Origin: an uncultured Verrucomicrobiae bacterium
GTDB taxonomy: Bacteria > Verrucomicrobiota > Verrucomicrobiia > Chthoniobacterales > UBA10450
Assembly (NCBI GenBank): GCA_963735805.1
Contig: CAVTMK010000004.1
Location: 352,001-416,000 of the forward strand
Reading direction: 5' to 3'
DNA length: 64,000 nucleotides
Shown: piece after piece, positions 28,293 to 39,548 of the stretch
Layout: each line of letters opens with the position of its first letter
How positions within the stretch are numbered: the stretch's first letter is position 1
Made by a program: the position numbers and the translations under genes
Notes under the pieces: model-generated
Seen by the model: the letters and a program-made list of their open reading frames with translations, nothing else
Database searches by the model: none
Told to the model about the DNA's origin: nothing

Positions 28293-29945
28293 TTGTCGGC
28301 GCCGGTGGAACCAAGATTTGACGGCAGCTTGATGATCATCTCGCCTGGCCGTGGCGTGAGGCGGGTCGTCTCGGCCTTTCTCGTGAGCTTGTTCCTGCTT
28401 TTGCCGATTCCGCTTTTGGCTCAGCAGGACGATCCGAGCGAAATTTTTCTCAAAGCTTATCTGTCAGCGCAGCAGGGTGAGAAGCTGGAGCACGAAAACC
28501 GATTCAAGACTGCGCTCGCCAAATTTCGGTTTGCGGGAAGCCTCATCGAAGAATTGCGCAGGGGGCATCCGGATTGGCAGCCAGCTATCGTAGAATATCG
28601 TGGCCGTAAGATCAGCGACGGAATCCTGAAAGTTCAGGACCGCATATCGAGACAAAATGAACTAAGCGCAGCAGCAAGCCCTTTGCCGGAGGTTGTTCCT
28701 TCGCTTCCGGAGAATGAGGCCTGGTCCGAGCCCGGCCCTGAGGTGGTAGCTCCGCAAGGGCCCGACACAGTCTCCCAAGGATCGAGCGATGCAGCGATTG
28801 AAGAAGCAACGACGAGATTACGCCGCAAGGTCGATCAACTACAAACGGCGCTCGAAAAGTCGCGCACTGATCTTGAAACCGCACGAAAGGACAAGGAAGC
28901 GGTTAACACGCGTCTGCAGGAAACAAGTTCCAATCTCACTCATGCTCAAAACGAAATTGAAGCGTGGAAAGAATCAGAACATCGGGCACGCGATCAACTC
29001 GCGCAGACGCAGACGTCGCGGGCCAGCAGCACCACGGAGCAATTGCGGGCACAGATTGCCGATTTGAAAAATAAAGTTGTTCTTGCCGAAGAGGCCCGCG
29101 CAGCAGCAGAAAGCCAAAAGGACCAAACCAACGCAAAACTTGCCGAGGCCACCAAGCAAATCGCTGCGGTAGAGCAGCAACGCGATGCAGCGTTCGGCCA
29201 ACTAAAAGCAGGGCGCGAAACGGAACAACCAGCGCCGGTGCTCTTTTCTGAGAATGGCGATTTCAAGCTAAAACTGGCGGATGCGGAGAAAGACGAGTCC
29301 GCCAACAACAATTCAACAAGGGCGGAGGAACTGGCAGGAGTGAACCAGGAGGTTACGCAGCTGCAGCAGCAACTGGCGGAGAGTCAGAAACAGAATCAGT
29401 ATCTTATCGCCAGAATCGGGGAGCTTTGGGTGCACTTGGATGAGACCGGTGCGCAGCTTCAGAGGGTGAAGCGGACCGGCAAAAACCGCGAGGAGATGGA
29501 TCACCTGACAAGGGAAAACGAAGTCCTGCGAAACATCCTTGTGCGCGAACGTCAGGAAGAAGCTCGTCGGGATGATGCAAGAAAGTTGATGCTGACGGAG
29601 CTGGACAAGTTAAAAATCAAATCTGATGCGTTGAATAGGGAAATCGAATTTCTGGCCCAGCCCATTACAAAATTAAGCAGTGAAGAACTCAATCTACTGC
29701 AGCAGCCTGCGGTTTCAGTTTCGGATCAAAACCGCGGCGTAGTCACTGCACATTTTATTTTTGCGAAGAAATCCGCGGGAGATCCAATCGGGGACGCAGG
29801 GGCAATGAACAATTCCGGCGGGTCAAAAGGAGAGATAATCGACGACCCGCAAAGTCTTGCTCATGCTGCAAAAGGGAGCTTTAGCGTCAAGAGCACCGGC
29901 CAACAGAAGGCAATATCGGAAAACCTTGACCAGGGATCTGAATGA
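28293..29945 (+). CDS. Exported long coiled-coil protein, possibly C-terminally truncated
   Basis: Signal peptide, DPSEIFLKAY domain, heptad-rich body; start may be 28332 or later. Confidence 0.65.
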   Translation: MSAPVEPRFDGSLMIISPGRGVRRVVSAFLVSLFLLLPIPLLAQQDDPSEIFLKAYLSAQQGEKLEHENRFKTALAKFRFAGSLIEELRRGHPDWQPAIVEYRGRKISDGILKVQDRISRQNELSAAASPLPEVVPSLPENEAWSEPGPEVVAPQGPDTVSQGSSDAAIEEATTRLRRKVDQLQTALEKSRTDLETARKDKEAVNTRLQETSSNLTHAQNEIEAWKESEHRARDQLAQTQTSRASSTTEQLRAQIADLKNKVVLAEEARAAAESQKDQTNAKLAEATKQIAAVEQQRDAAFGQLKAGRETEQPAPVLFSENGDFKLKLADAEKDESANNNSTRAEELAGVNQEVTQLQQQLAESQKQNQYLIARIGELWVHLDETGAQLQRVKRTGKNREEMDHLTRENEVLRNILVRERQEEARRDDARKLMLTELDKLKIKSDALNREIEFLAQPITKLSSEELNLLQQPAVSVSDQNRGVVTAHFIFAKKSAGDPIGDAGAMNNSGGSKGEIIDDPQSLAHAAKGSFSVKSTGQQKAISENLDQGSE

Positions 29946-30036
29946 CCTTTGGCCGATTTGCGGTTGGCGGTGGATCGACCGCAAAATCTAACGGCGATTA
30001 TTCGATCGGCTCAAATCAGGCCAGCCGCTAATCTTC

Positions 30037-30765
30037 ATGCGCGTTCTCCGTGCGGTATTCATTGCGCTTGTCACCGCGTTCGTGGGCTGCCTCCTTGCCT
30101 TCTTCGTCGGCGATTACTTAACCAGGGTTGCGCACATGTCCGACATGGAGGGCGGTCGAGGGATGTTCGTCGTCTTTGTGTGTGCGCCGGTCGGGATTTT
30201 AGTGGGCTTGGTGATTGGTATCATTTTGTCGATCCTGGTCCGGCAGCAAGGAGTCGCTGGATTTTTCGCTGCACAAGGTTGGTCGCTTCTGATTGTTTGC
30301 GGCCTCGCCGGTCTGTTGGCGGGCGTTCCGTATCTGCTCTCGGATAAACCCCCAAGGATCGATGGGAAACTCCTTGAGTTGCAGTTCGAGCTTCGCGCCC
30401 CGGCAACATTTAAGATCCCAGATCAACCTGACGGATACAGCGTCCGGGTTAGCCTTTACGCTGACAATCGGCAAAATCAGTACGCTTTCATTGACTGGAG
30501 CACGATCACAAAAGATGGCGAACATATTACGGTTCCCGGACATGTCCCACTGTTGACGCATAGCAAAACCAGATCGCTTCTGGCCTCAATCGGCAATGAA
30601 CCGGTTGCGTCGCAGTTTATCGACTTAAAAATTCCAGCTACGCCACGGAAGGAAAACGAAACTTGGTCTGACTGGACTTTCGCCACGCAACGTGCGGATC
30701 TCAGTCAGGTTCCCGAGCCGGAAAGACTCGCTCTCCGGTATCGCGTCCGCCCAGTCAACGATTGA
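30037..30765 (+). CDS. Hypothetical membrane protein (three TM helices plus a soluble domain)
   Basis: Hydrophobic N-terminal half with MEGGRG motif. Confidence 0.65.
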   Translation: MRVLRAVFIALVTAFVGCLLAFFVGDYLTRVAHMSDMEGGRGMFVVFVCAPVGILVGLVIGIILSILVRQQGVAGFFAAQGWSLLIVCGLAGLLAGVPYLLSDKPPRIDGKLLELQFELRAPATFKIPDQPDGYSVRVSLYADNRQNQYAFIDWSTITKDGEHITVPGHVPLLTHSKTRSLLASIGNEPVASQFIDLKIPATPRKENETWSDWTFATQRADLSQVPEPERLALRYRVRPVND

Positions 30766-30802
30766 TCTGTAATGGCGGCCTGTGACCCGCCGTATCTGCC
30801 AC

Positions 30803-31531
30803 GTGAAACCATTTCTTACAGCTAACTGGCGCTATCTGGCGATGCTGAATTACCTCGTCGACCCCACCTTTGTTGAACCGCTCGTTCCGGCTGGCACCGA
30901 GATCGATTATGAGAACGGCGAAACGTTCATTAGCGTTGTCGGATTTCTGTTTCTCGATACCCGTCTCCTGGGCTTTCCAATCCCACTGCATCGCGATTTC
31001 GAAGAAGTGAATCTACGTTTCTACGTCAGGAGAAAATCGGCCGACACCTGGCGACGCGGTGTAGTTTTCGTCCGCGAGCTTGTGCCTCGTCGTGCAATTG
31101 CTCTGGTTGCCCGTGCATTTTACGGAGAGCGCTATTTGGCCCTCCCAATGAAACACAATATAGAGCACGTCGATGGCAAATTGAGGGTCGAATATTCCTG
31201 GCGACACGAAAAAAAATGGGAATTTCTCAGGATGATCGCGTCCGGTGAACAGCAATCAATTCCCAGCGGGTCACACGCTGAGTTTATTACGGACCATTAT
31301 TGGGGATACACCTGTATGCGGGACGGTTGCAGCGAATACCGAGTGGAACACCCACGCTGGAAAATCTGGTTCGCAACCAATTTCGAATTCAACGCGGATA
31401 CGGCGGCTCTTTACGGCGAACAATTCGCGGAAACATTGAGTGAGCGGCCGCGCTCGGCATTCATTGCCGACGGTTCCCCGATCGAAGTTCAAAAACGCGA
31501 GATATTGGAGGCGGCTCGAGATACGCTTTAG
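30803..31531 (+). CDS. DUF2071/YqjF family protein
   Basis: FLTANWRYLAMLNY, FEEVNLRFYV, EFITDHYWGY, VEHPRW. Confidence 0.82.
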   Translation: MKPFLTANWRYLAMLNYLVDPTFVEPLVPAGTEIDYENGETFISVVGFLFLDTRLLGFPIPLHRDFEEVNLRFYVRRKSADTWRRGVVFVRELVPRRAIALVARAFYGERYLALPMKHNIEHVDGKLRVEYSWRHEKKWEFLRMIASGEQQSIPSGSHAEFITDHYWGYTCMRDGCSEYRVEHPRWKIWFATNFEFNADTAALYGEQFAETLSERPRSAFIADGSPIEVQKREILEAARDTL

Positions 31532-31538
31532 ACAATCG

Positions 31539-34415
31539 TTATCTCGATAGCAATTGCCTTAGGACAAACGGCAAAATCCCACCGTGTCGATAGTAATCGA
31601 TTTCAATTGGCGTATCGATGCGAACCTTCACGAGTACTGAACGCTTCTGCCGATCTTTGTTTTCGATCTCGAGCGTTACAGTCTCTCCGGGCCTGATTGC
31701 GTCCGACAGACCAGCAATCGAAAAGATTTCCGAACCTTCGAGCCCGAGTGATTGCGCGGTTGTTCCATCGGGAAATTGCAATGGCAACACGCCCATGCCC
31801 ACGAGATTTGAGCGATGAATCCGTTCAAAGCTCGCAGCGACGACCACCTTCACACCTAACAAACGCGTTCCTTTCGCAGCCCAGTCGCGTGATGAACCGG
31901 TGCCGTACTCGTGGCCGGCAAGAATAACCAGCGGAGTATTAGACTCCGCGTATTTCATTGCTGCGTCGAAGATCGACATCTCCACACCTTCACCGTTCGC
32001 AAAATATTTGGTCACGGCGCCTTCCGTTCCCGGGACCATCAAATTCTTGATCCGCACATTGGCGAATGTTCCGCGCGTCATGACCAGATCGTTGCCGCGC
32101 CGGCTGCCGTAACTATTGAAATCGCGCGGTTGGATTCCGCGTGACACTAAGTACTTTCCTGCGGGCGAACTTTCTTTGATGGCTCCTGCAGGTGAAATGT
32201 GATCGGTCGTTACCGTGTCACCGAAAATGCCAAGGGCGCGAGCGCCCCGAACCTCTTCAATGTGACCTGGCTCCATCGAGAAATTTTGGAAGAACGGTGG
32301 CTCGTGAATGTAGTCGCTCTTTTCGTCCCATTCATAAATGTCGCCCGTGCTCGACGGAATTTCGTTCCACTTCGGATTTTGACCTGCAAAATCGCGATAA
32401 AGTTTGCGGAATGTTTCCGGCGTCAGCGCAGTTTGCATCGCGTCCCGGATTTCACTGAGACTCGGCCACAGATCTCTCAGATAGGTATCATTGCCATCTT
32501 TATCTTTCCCCAGTGGCTCGCGCGAAAGGTTGATGTGCACCCGGCCTGCGAGCGCGAACGCCACCACGAGCGGCGGCGACATCAGGAAGTTCGCTTTGAT
32601 GTGCTGATGGACGCGCGCTTCAAAGTTGCGGTTTCCCGAAAGAACTGAGGCGGCAACAAGGTCGTATTTGTGGATCGCCTTCTCGATGTTCGGGTGCAGT
32701 GGCCCTGAGTTGCCGATGCAGGTGGTACAACCGTAACCGACCAGATTGAATCCGAGCTGGTCCAGATATCTCTGCAGACCTGTCTTGTGAAGATAATCGG
32801 AAACAACACGCGACCCGGGGGCGAGCGAGGTCTTAACTCCAGGATTAACCCGGAGACCGCGCTCGACAGCTTTCTTTGCAAGCAATCCCGCCGCAATCAT
32901 CACGCTCGGATTGCTGGTGTTTGTGCAGCTGGTGATTGCCGCAATCAGGACGCTGCCATGCCCGACGTGAGTGCGCCCTTGCGTAAAAACGTCGCTGGAC
33001 TCGGCTTCAATCTCTTTGCCCGGATCGGGCGTTGGACGGTTTGCAATCATCTCAATCTTATTGAGTTCGTCCCCGGGGTTAATTCCCTGATCCTCCTTCG
33101 TATCGGTCGACGCCATCGCGTCGTCGCGAGGAGGGCTGCCATTCAATTCCACCAGGTGTTTTTTGCGAAGGTCGACATCTTGCTTGCCGTACCCGCCATC
33201 GCGGACCGGTTTTTCGAGCAACTCGCGAAATGTTTTTTCCAACTCCGGCAAATTGATTCGATCCTGTGGCCTTTTGGGCCCGGCGACGCTCGGCTGCACG
33301 TCGGCTAGGTTTAGATCGATATCGACGCTGTAATCGATTTCGCCTCTGAGCGGCATGCCGAACATTTTTTGGGCACAAAAATAATTTTCGAACGCAAGAC
33401 ATTGCTCTTCGCTCCGTCCCGTCGCCCTCAAGTAAGCGATCGATTCTTGATCGATCGGGAAATATCCCATCGTCGCGCCGTACTCCGGCGACATGTTTCC
33501 GACGGTGGCCCGATCAGGCACCGGCAGCGATGCAGCGCCTTCGCCGTAAAACTCGACGAATTTGCCGACGACTTTTTGCGCGCGCAGCAATTGTGTGATG
33601 TGCAAAACGAGATCGGTCGCTGTGACGCCTTCGCGCAATTGCCCGCTCATGTGCACTCCCACGACTTCCGGCGTCAAAAAGTAAACCGGCTGGCCCAGCA
33701 TTCCCGCTTCCGCTTCGATTCCGCCCACACCCCACCCAACGACACCCAGACCGTTGATCATCGTCGTATGGGAATCAGTTCCGACCAGAGTGTCAGGGAA
33801 GAAAAGTTGAGAGTTAAGAGTCGGGGGTTGAGAGAAAAGAACGCCTTTGGCCAAGTACTCCAGGTTTACCTGGTGGACAATGCCGATGCCCGGTGGGATG
33901 AGCTGGAAAGTCTTGAATGCCTGCTGTCCCCATTTAAGAAACTGATAGCGCTCGCGGTTGCGCTTGAATTCCATATCCAGGTTTAACTCCAAGGCTCTTG
34001 CCGAACCGAAGAAATCCACCTGCACCGAGTGATCCACCACCAGATCAACCGGTACGAGCGGCTCAATGATTTTCGGATCACGACCGAGACGTTTCACCGC
34101 ACTGCGCATCGCAGCCAGGTCGACCACCAGCGGCACTCCCGTAAAATCCTGCAAAACGATGCGCGCGACTACGAATGGAATTTCTTCGTTCGCTGGGGAT
34201 TTCGCGTTCCAGTTCGCCAGCGCTTCGACATCTTTGCGTCGGACTTTTTGGCCATCGCAATTGCGTAGCACCGATTCGAGCACAATCCGGATGCTCACTG
34301 GCAAACGCGATATTTTTCCAATTCCCTGTTCTTCCAGAGCCGGAAGCGAAAACAAATATCCTTCCCGACCTTTGCCGGCGTCAAACTTCTTTAGCGTCTT
34401 AAATTCGTCCTTCAT
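31539..34415 (-). CDS. acnA: Aconitate hydratase A
   Basis: [46 protein letters not shown]. Confidence 0.97.
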   Translation of the reverse strand: MKDEFKTLKKFDAGKGREGYLFSLPALEEQGIGKISRLPVSIRIVLESVLRNCDGQKVRRKDVEALANWNAKSPANEEIPFVVARIVLQDFTGVPLVVDLAAMRSAVKRLGRDPKIIEPLVPVDLVVDHSVQVDFFGSARALELNLDMEFKRNRERYQFLKWGQQAFKTFQLIPPGIGIVHQVNLEYLAKGVLFSQPPTLNSQLFFPDTLVGTDSHTTMINGLGVVGWGVGGIEAEAGMLGQPVYFLTPEVVGVHMSGQLREGVTATDLVLHITQLLRAQKVVGKFVEFYGEGAASLPVPDRATVGNMSPEYGATMGYFPIDQESIAYLRATGRSEEQCLAFENYFCAQKMFGMPLRGEIDYSVDIDLNLADVQPSVAGPKRPQDRINLPELEKTFRELLEKPVRDGGYGKQDVDLRKKHLVELNGSPPRDDAMASTDTKEDQGINPGDELNKIEMIANRPTPDPGKEIEAESSDVFTQGRTHVGHGSVLIAAITSCTNTSNPSVMIAAGLLAKKAVERGLRVNPGVKTSLAPGSRVVSDYLHKTGLQRYLDQLGFNLVGYGCTTCIGNSGPLHPNIEKAIHKYDLVAASVLSGNRNFEARVHQHIKANFLMSPPLVVAFALAGRVHINLSREPLGKDKDGNDTYLRDLWPSLSEIRDAMQTALTPETFRKLYRDFAGQNPKWNEIPSSTGDIYEWDEKSDYIHEPPFFQNFSMEPGHIEEVRGARALGIFGDTVTTDHISPAGAIKESSPAGKYLVSRGIQPRDFNSYGSRRGNDLVMTRGTFANVRIKNLMVPGTEGAVTKYFANGEGVEMSIFDAAMKYAESNTPLVILAGHEYGTGSSRDWAAKGTRLLGVKVVVAASFERIHRSNLVGMGVLPLQFPDGTTAQSLGLEGSEIFSIAGLSDAIRPGETVTLEIENKDRQKRSVLVKVRIDTPIEIDYYRHGGILPFVLRQLLSR

Positions 34416-34421
34416 TGTCCG

Positions 34422-34452
34422 TTGTCATTCCGAGCGGAGCTCGAGATGACAA
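34422..34452. repeat. Collapsed GTCAT-type REP hairpin
   Basis: TTGTCATTCCGAGC GGA GCTCGAGATGACAA. Confidence 0.7.
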
Positions 34453-34457
34453 GCATC

Positions 34458-34952
34458 TCACTTCAGTTCCGCCAGTTTTGCTTTGATCTTGTCAAAATTG
34501 GGTAACTGGCGGGCGTCATCGTTGCTCTCTGCATATTGGATCACACCATTCTTATCGACGATGAATGCCGACCGTTTCGGCACGCCTCCCATGCCGAGAT
34601 TCATTTGGGGCAGGAATGAATCGTACATCACGGCATAATCTTTCGCGACTTTGTGTTCGTAATCGCTAAGCAACGGCACAGTGATTTTCTCCTTTTGTGC
34701 CCAGGCTTCCTGCGCAAACGGATTATCCCCGCTGATTCCGAGAACGGCTGCGTTCAAACCGGTGTAAGCGTTCATTCCCTGGCTGACCTCGCACATCTCT
34801 GTGGTACACGTGCCCGTAAAGGCCATCGGAAAGAAAAGCAAAAGTGTGTTTTTCTTTCCGAAATTGTCGCTGAGCTTGATTTGCTTTGGCCCGTCAGCGG
34901 TCTTGGTCGATAACGTGAAGTCTGGCGCTTTGGTTCCAACAGCGAGTGACAT
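34458..34952 (-). CDS. Peroxiredoxin (AhpC/TSA family)
   Basis: APDFTL, FFPMAFTGTCTTEMC, KRSAFIVD. Confidence 0.9.
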   Translation of the reverse strand: MSLAVGTKAPDFTLSTKTADGPKQIKLSDNFGKKNTLLLFFPMAFTGTCTTEMCEVSQGMNAYTGLNAAVLGISGDNPFAQEAWAQKEKITVPLLSDYEHKVAKDYAVMYDSFLPQMNLGMGGVPKRSAFIVDKNGVIQYAESNDDARQLPNFDKIKAKLAELK

Positions 34953-35076
34953 AAATGATTCTCCGGTTTGAATTCAACAAGGAGGGACTTTCACTATAGG
35001 AATTGAGGTGGCTGGGTCAAAGGCTCGTTAGAGCGCTAAGCGTTGAGTGGGAATCGTTAAATCCCTAAATGATGAC

Positions 35077-35565
35077 ATGGAGCTGTTCTGGTGGGTGGTC
35101 GCAGTTATTCTGTTTGCAATCGGCTTGATCGGCACGGTGCTGCCCGTGTTTCCAGGGGCAATTATCATTCTGGCAGGCGCAATCCTTCACCGGGTAATGC
35201 TCGGCCCTGAGAAGAGCATCGGCTGGTGGACGATCACGGCGCTCATACTGCTCACGCTTGTAGCGTATGGGCTCGATTTTCTAAGCGGCTACTTTGGTGC
35301 GCGCTATTTCGGAGCGACAAAGTGGGGGATGTTCGGCGCGCTGCTTGGAGCAGTGATTGGTGTTTTCTTCGGGATCGCCGGATTATTTGTTGGACCGGTG
35401 ATTGGTGCGGTCGCCGGTGAATTCATCGCCGGCAAACGAATGATAGATGCTGGCCGCGCCGGCTGGGGAAGTTTACTGGGAAATCTCGGTGCAATGGTTG
35501 GTAAACTTCTGATCGCGCTCGTCATGATCGCGATTTTTTTCATGGCCGTGCCAGCGCCGTTTTGA
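35077..35565 (+). CDS. DUF456 family membrane protein
   Basis: GTVLPVFPG, FGATKWG, GPVIGAVAGE. Confidence 0.8.
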   Translation: MELFWWVVAVILFAIGLIGTVLPVFPGAIIILAGAILHRVMLGPEKSIGWWTITALILLTLVAYGLDFLSGYFGARYFGATKWGMFGALLGAVIGVFFGIAGLFVGPVIGAVAGEFIAGKRMIDAGRAGWGSLLGNLGAMVGKLLIALVMIAIFFMAVPAPF

Positions 35566-35596
35566 TGCTCTCTGTCGGACAGAGTTTCAACTCATC

Positions 35597-36547
35597 CTAC
35601 GCGCCAATTAGAACAATAGTCAAAGGTAGCGTGACAATCATCGTAAGCGTGGTCAGCACGAGCGTAGACGCCGCTTCGGTTTCATATACGTGATACCGCG
35701 AGCCGAGCAGTGGAGCTACCACGGACGCGGGAATCGCGCACAAAACAATCGCTTCCTGCCCGAGTGGATTTCGAATTCCAAGTGCGGCGACAAGAAGCGC
35801 CATGAGTGCGGGCTGGCCAATCATCTTTGCCAGAACATTCCCGAGAATTTCCGGACTGATTCGAATCCGATAGCTGGCAATAATCAGTCCTGCCAAAAAG
35901 AGAGAGGTGCCCGAGGTCGCTGAGCCGAGCAGCTTGAGCATCTTGTCAATTTCCTGCGGCATAGCAATGTCTGCCAGCACCAACAATAGGCCAAGAAGCG
36001 GTGCCCAGACCATTGGCTCTTTTGCGCTGTTCAAAAGGCAGTGCACAAGCGCATTGCTCGCGATCTTATCCGCGTCGCGACTACAACGCTGCTGATGCAT
36101 TTCCAGGAGAACAACGGTCAACGGGACAAGTATGCCGCATGAAATTACCGTTGCCGTTGCTACTGGTACGATGCTGGCAGAACCGAATAAGCCCGTAAAA
36201 ATGGGCACGCCCAAAAACGCAACTGACGGAAACGTCACGAGATTCGCGTGTATTGCTGCTTCGCCTAACGAATGACGCAAAACAAATACGCTGATTAAGA
36301 CAGCGGCTGCAAACAATCCAATCGTTGCAAGAAACACGCCCAGCAAATAGGCTGTTTCCTCGAGCAAACGGGTCCGCGTCGTCGTGACTGTTCCGACAAA
36401 CATCAACGCGGGCAGCGCATACACCAATACCAATTCATTGAGTCCCATCACTTGCTCTGGGGTAAATTTCTTTTCGCGGCCTGCGGCGTAACCAAGTCCG
36501 ATCACGAACAAAATCGGCAGAAGCACCAAGAGAGCAGAAACAATCAT
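35597..36547 (-). CDS. AEC (auxin efflux carrier) family transporter
   Basis: YALPALMF, FLGVPI, about ten TM helices. Confidence 0.8.
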   Translation of the reverse strand: MIVSALLVLLPILFVIGLGYAAGREKKFTPEQVMGLNELVLVYALPALMFVGTVTTTRTRLLEETAYLLGVFLATIGLFAAAVLISVFVLRHSLGEAAIHANLVTFPSVAFLGVPIFTGLFGSASIVPVATATVISCGILVPLTVVLLEMHQQRCSRDADKIASNALVHCLLNSAKEPMVWAPLLGLLLVLADIAMPQEIDKMLKLLGSATSGTSLFLAGLIIASYRIRISPEILGNVLAKMIGQPALMALLVAALGIRNPLGQEAIVLCAIPASVVAPLLGSRYHVYETEAASTLVLTTLTMIVTLPLTIVLIGA

Positions 36548-36652
36548 TTCGGAGCACGAATTGGCTGTCCTGTGTTATAGCGTCGCCGCTCTACAGTCGA
36601 GATATCTCTTGCCATCCGTGGCGGTCTTTTCTTCAGCACGGTTTGTGATAAA

Positions 36653-37060
36653 TTATTTGCCGATGGCAGATGATCGCTGGTGAGCCGCTTGCGGTTCGCT
36701 GGAGGAAAGTCCGAACACCATACGGCGGCATGCCGCGTAAAACACGCGGGCGTCGCAGTTGAAAAACTGCGATGACGGAAAGTGTCACAGAAAAGATACC
36801 GCCGGTTCTTTAAGTGCAGGCAAGGGTGAAAAGGCGAGGTAAGAGCTCACCGCTCACGAAGTAATTCGCGAGGCACGAAAAACCCCATGCGGTGCAAGAC
36901 AAAACAGAGGAAGGGCAGCCGGCCCGAGAAAGATCCTCGGGTATCGTCGCATCATAGCGGAGGCAATCCGCCAGGCTCTCGGAGCAATCCGGGAGAGATA
37001 AATGATCATCCCGGCTGAGAAATTAGCCGGACAGAATTCGGCTTATCGCCATCCAAATAA
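36653..37060 (+). ncRNA. rnpB: RNase P RNA (type A)
   Basis: GAGGAAAGTCC, GGAAAGTGTCACAGAAA, AGGGTGAAA, GGTAAGAGC, AACCCC...GCAAG, ACAGAATTCGGCTTA; P1 pairing TTATTTG..GATGGC with GCCATC CAAATAA. Confidence 0.96.
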
Positions 37061-37092
37061 GAAGGGCGTTTTCGGAAACGAAGGCGCCCTTC
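37061..37092. terminator. Hairpin between converging rnpB and dxs
   Basis: GAAGGGCG...CGCCCTTC. Confidence 0.6.
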
Positions 37093-37140
37093 GCTTTTTC
37101 CAATCGCTGGGCGAAGCGGGCCAAGGTTCGACGGCGAATT

Positions 37141-39105
37141 TCAGGCCACGGAAGGTTTGAGGTTCGACTTTTTGCGAAGAAGCGGCAGAACTTTCTCCAC
37201 CAGCGCGTCGGCGGTGATGCCGTGTTTTTTGCGCAAGATTGGTACGGCACCGTGTTCGATGAATTGATCGGGCCATCCTATGCGTACCACGGGCGTGTTG
37301 ATCATCTTCGAGTGCAGATGTTCCATGGCGGCGCATCCAAAACCGTTGTGCAACACGTGGTCTTCAATCGTGCACACGACTTCAACGCTGCGTGCGAAAA
37401 ATTCAAGCGTCCCGGTATCGATCGGTTTGATCCAGCGTGGATTGATGAGCGCGACGGAAATGCCTTTTTCCTCAAGTTTGCGCGCTGCTTCCTCGGCCAT
37501 TTCAAACATGTTACCCAAGCCAAAGATTGCCACATCACGCCCGTGCTTTACGACTTCCGCCTTGCCGATCTCGAGAAGCTTCGGTTCCGGTTTGATTTTT
37601 GCGCCGGTCCCGGATCCGCGGGGATAACGAACGGCAATTGGGCCAGAATTGTAATGCGCCATGGTCCAAAGCATGTCGACGAATTCGTCCTCGTCCTTTG
37701 GCTGCATGTGGACCCAATTCGGGACGTGTCGGAGGTAGCCGATATCGAACAAGCCGTGATGCGTTGGCCCGTCGTCGCCGCTTAATCCAGCGCGATCCAT
37801 GCACAATTTCACGTTCAGGTTCTGGATTGCGATATCGTGAATCGCCATGTCATAGGCACGCTGGAAAAACGTGGAGTAAATTGCGAGAAACGGTTGCAAT
37901 CCTTGCGTCGCAAGTCCACAGGCGAAAAGCGTGGCATGCTCTTCCGCGATGCCGACATCGAAGTAGCGGCCGGGATGCGCCTTGGCGAAATGCGAGAGCC
38001 CAGTGCCGCTCGGCATCGCCGCTGTGATTGTGACAAGCTTCTGATTTGTTTCGGCAAATTTCGCGAGCGTCTTGCCGAAAATTTCCGAGTAGGTGGGAGT
38101 TGGTGTTGGCGCAGTCTCGCCGCTCTCGATCTTATATTTGCCGAGACCATGGAACTTATCCGGTTGCTTGAGCGCCGGCGCATATCCCTTCCCTTTCTGG
38201 GTGAGAATGTGCAACAGGACCGGTTCTTCCTGCGTTTTCAAAAATTCAAATGTCCGGATGAGCAATGGAATATCATGGCCATCGATCGGTCCATAATAAC
38301 GGAGGCCAAGCTCTTCGAAAATGACACTCGGCACCAGCAAACCTTTGACGCTTTCCTCCACTTTATGTGCGAAGTGTGCCACCGACCTCCCGGCAATCGC
38401 GCGGACGAAATGTGCCGCCTTCTCATGCAAATGTGCAAACGTCGGGCTCGTGGCAATACTGTTTAGATAATTTGCAATCGCCCCAACGTTTTTTGCGATC
38501 GACCACTCATTGTCGTTTAGCACGACGATGAAACGCTTGGTGTGCGCTTTTACATTGTTGAGCGCTTCGTAGCTGATCCCGCAGGTTAATGCGGCATCGC
38601 CCGCCACCACGACGATGTTCTCGTCGCTTCCGCGGAGGTCGCGCCCGACCGCCATACCGAGTCCGGCGGAAAGCGCTGTCCCGGCATGACCCGCTCCGTA
38701 GCAATCATGTTCGCTCTCGGAACGCAAAAGGAAGCCGTTCAGGCCGCCGAATTGCCGCATGGTATTAAAACGATCGAGCCTCCCGGTAAACAATTTGTGG
38801 ACATAACCTTGGTGGCTCACGTCCATCACGAATCGGTCCTGTGGCGTGTTAAAGACCCGGTGCATGGCTATCGTCAGTTCAACGACACCGAGGTTTGGGC
38901 CAAGATGGCCTCCGGTTTGGGAAAGGACCCTGATCAGTTCTTCTCGCACTTCCTGCGCGAGCTGTGGCAGATCCTGTTCGCGCAACGCTTTGATATCCTC
39001 AGGCGAGCGGATGCCATCGAGCAAACGCGGTGGCGCCGCGGTCCCCTCAGAAATCTCAGATACCTCAGAAGAGTTTGATTTCATCATTTGTGCTTTCGGA
39101 TTCAT
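37141..39105 (-). CDS. dxs: 1-deoxy-D-xylulose-5-phosphate synthase
   Basis: GGHLGPNLG, DVSHQGYVHK, DVGIAEEHA, DGPTHHG. Confidence 0.96.
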   Translation of the reverse strand: MNPKAQMMKSNSSEVSEISEGTAAPPRLLDGIRSPEDIKALREQDLPQLAQEVREELIRVLSQTGGHLGPNLGVVELTIAMHRVFNTPQDRFVMDVSHQGYVHKLFTGRLDRFNTMRQFGGLNGFLLRSESEHDCYGAGHAGTALSAGLGMAVGRDLRGSDENIVVVAGDAALTCGISYEALNNVKAHTKRFIVVLNDNEWSIAKNVGAIANYLNSIATSPTFAHLHEKAAHFVRAIAGRSVAHFAHKVEESVKGLLVPSVIFEELGLRYYGPIDGHDIPLLIRTFEFLKTQEEPVLLHILTQKGKGYAPALKQPDKFHGLGKYKIESGETAPTPTPTYSEIFGKTLAKFAETNQKLVTITAAMPSGTGLSHFAKAHPGRYFDVGIAEEHATLFACGLATQGLQPFLAIYSTFFQRAYDMAIHDIAIQNLNVKLCMDRAGLSGDDGPTHHGLFDIGYLRHVPNWVHMQPKDEDEFVDMLWTMAHYNSGPIAVRYPRGSGTGAKIKPEPKLLEIGKAEVVKHGRDVAIFGLGNMFEMAEEAARKLEEKGISVALINPRWIKPIDTGTLEFFARSVEVVCTIEDHVLHNGFGCAAMEHLHSKMINTPVVRIGWPDQFIEHGAVPILRKKHGITADALVEKVLPLLRKKSNLKPSVA

Positions 39106-39382
39106 CTACGGTTTCGGCCGGAGCAGCCGGTTCCGGTGTGGGCTCGAAATCCTTCACTATCGCCTTTCCCGCGCTGTTGCGAGCGATGATTTCGATCTTT
39201 TGTTCGGCCTTGGCAAGTCGCTCCTGGCAAACCTTTACCAGATTCATTCCCTCCTCGTAGCGTACTATTAGATCTTCGAGCGGGAGTTTGCCGGATTCCA
39301 TTTGCTCGACAATCTTTTCGAGCCGATCCATCGCGCCTTCAAAGTTAAGCTCCGCCTCGCGCGGCTTCGATTTGCTGCTCAT
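39065..39382 (-). CDS. xseB: Exonuclease VII small subunit
   Basis: FEGAMDRLEKIVEQME...YEEG; start ATG 39382. Confidence 0.9.
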   Translation of the reverse strand: MSSKSKPREAELNFEGAMDRLEKIVEQMESGKLPLEDLIVRYEEGMNLVKVCQERLAKAEQKIEIIARNSAGKAIVKDFEPTPEPAAPAETVDESESTNDEIKLF

Positions 39383-39548
39383 GGGGAAAACGGAAGAATT
39401 AAGCACAGCTTGGCCAGGAAAAAAGCACGACTTACGCCGAGACGCGCACCACAGACTGAACAATTCGCACGCTTTACCGATTTAACGACACCCCAAATAA
39501 GCATTCGCATCAGTTCAAAGCGCAGCCGAATATTTCCGCTCCGCACTG

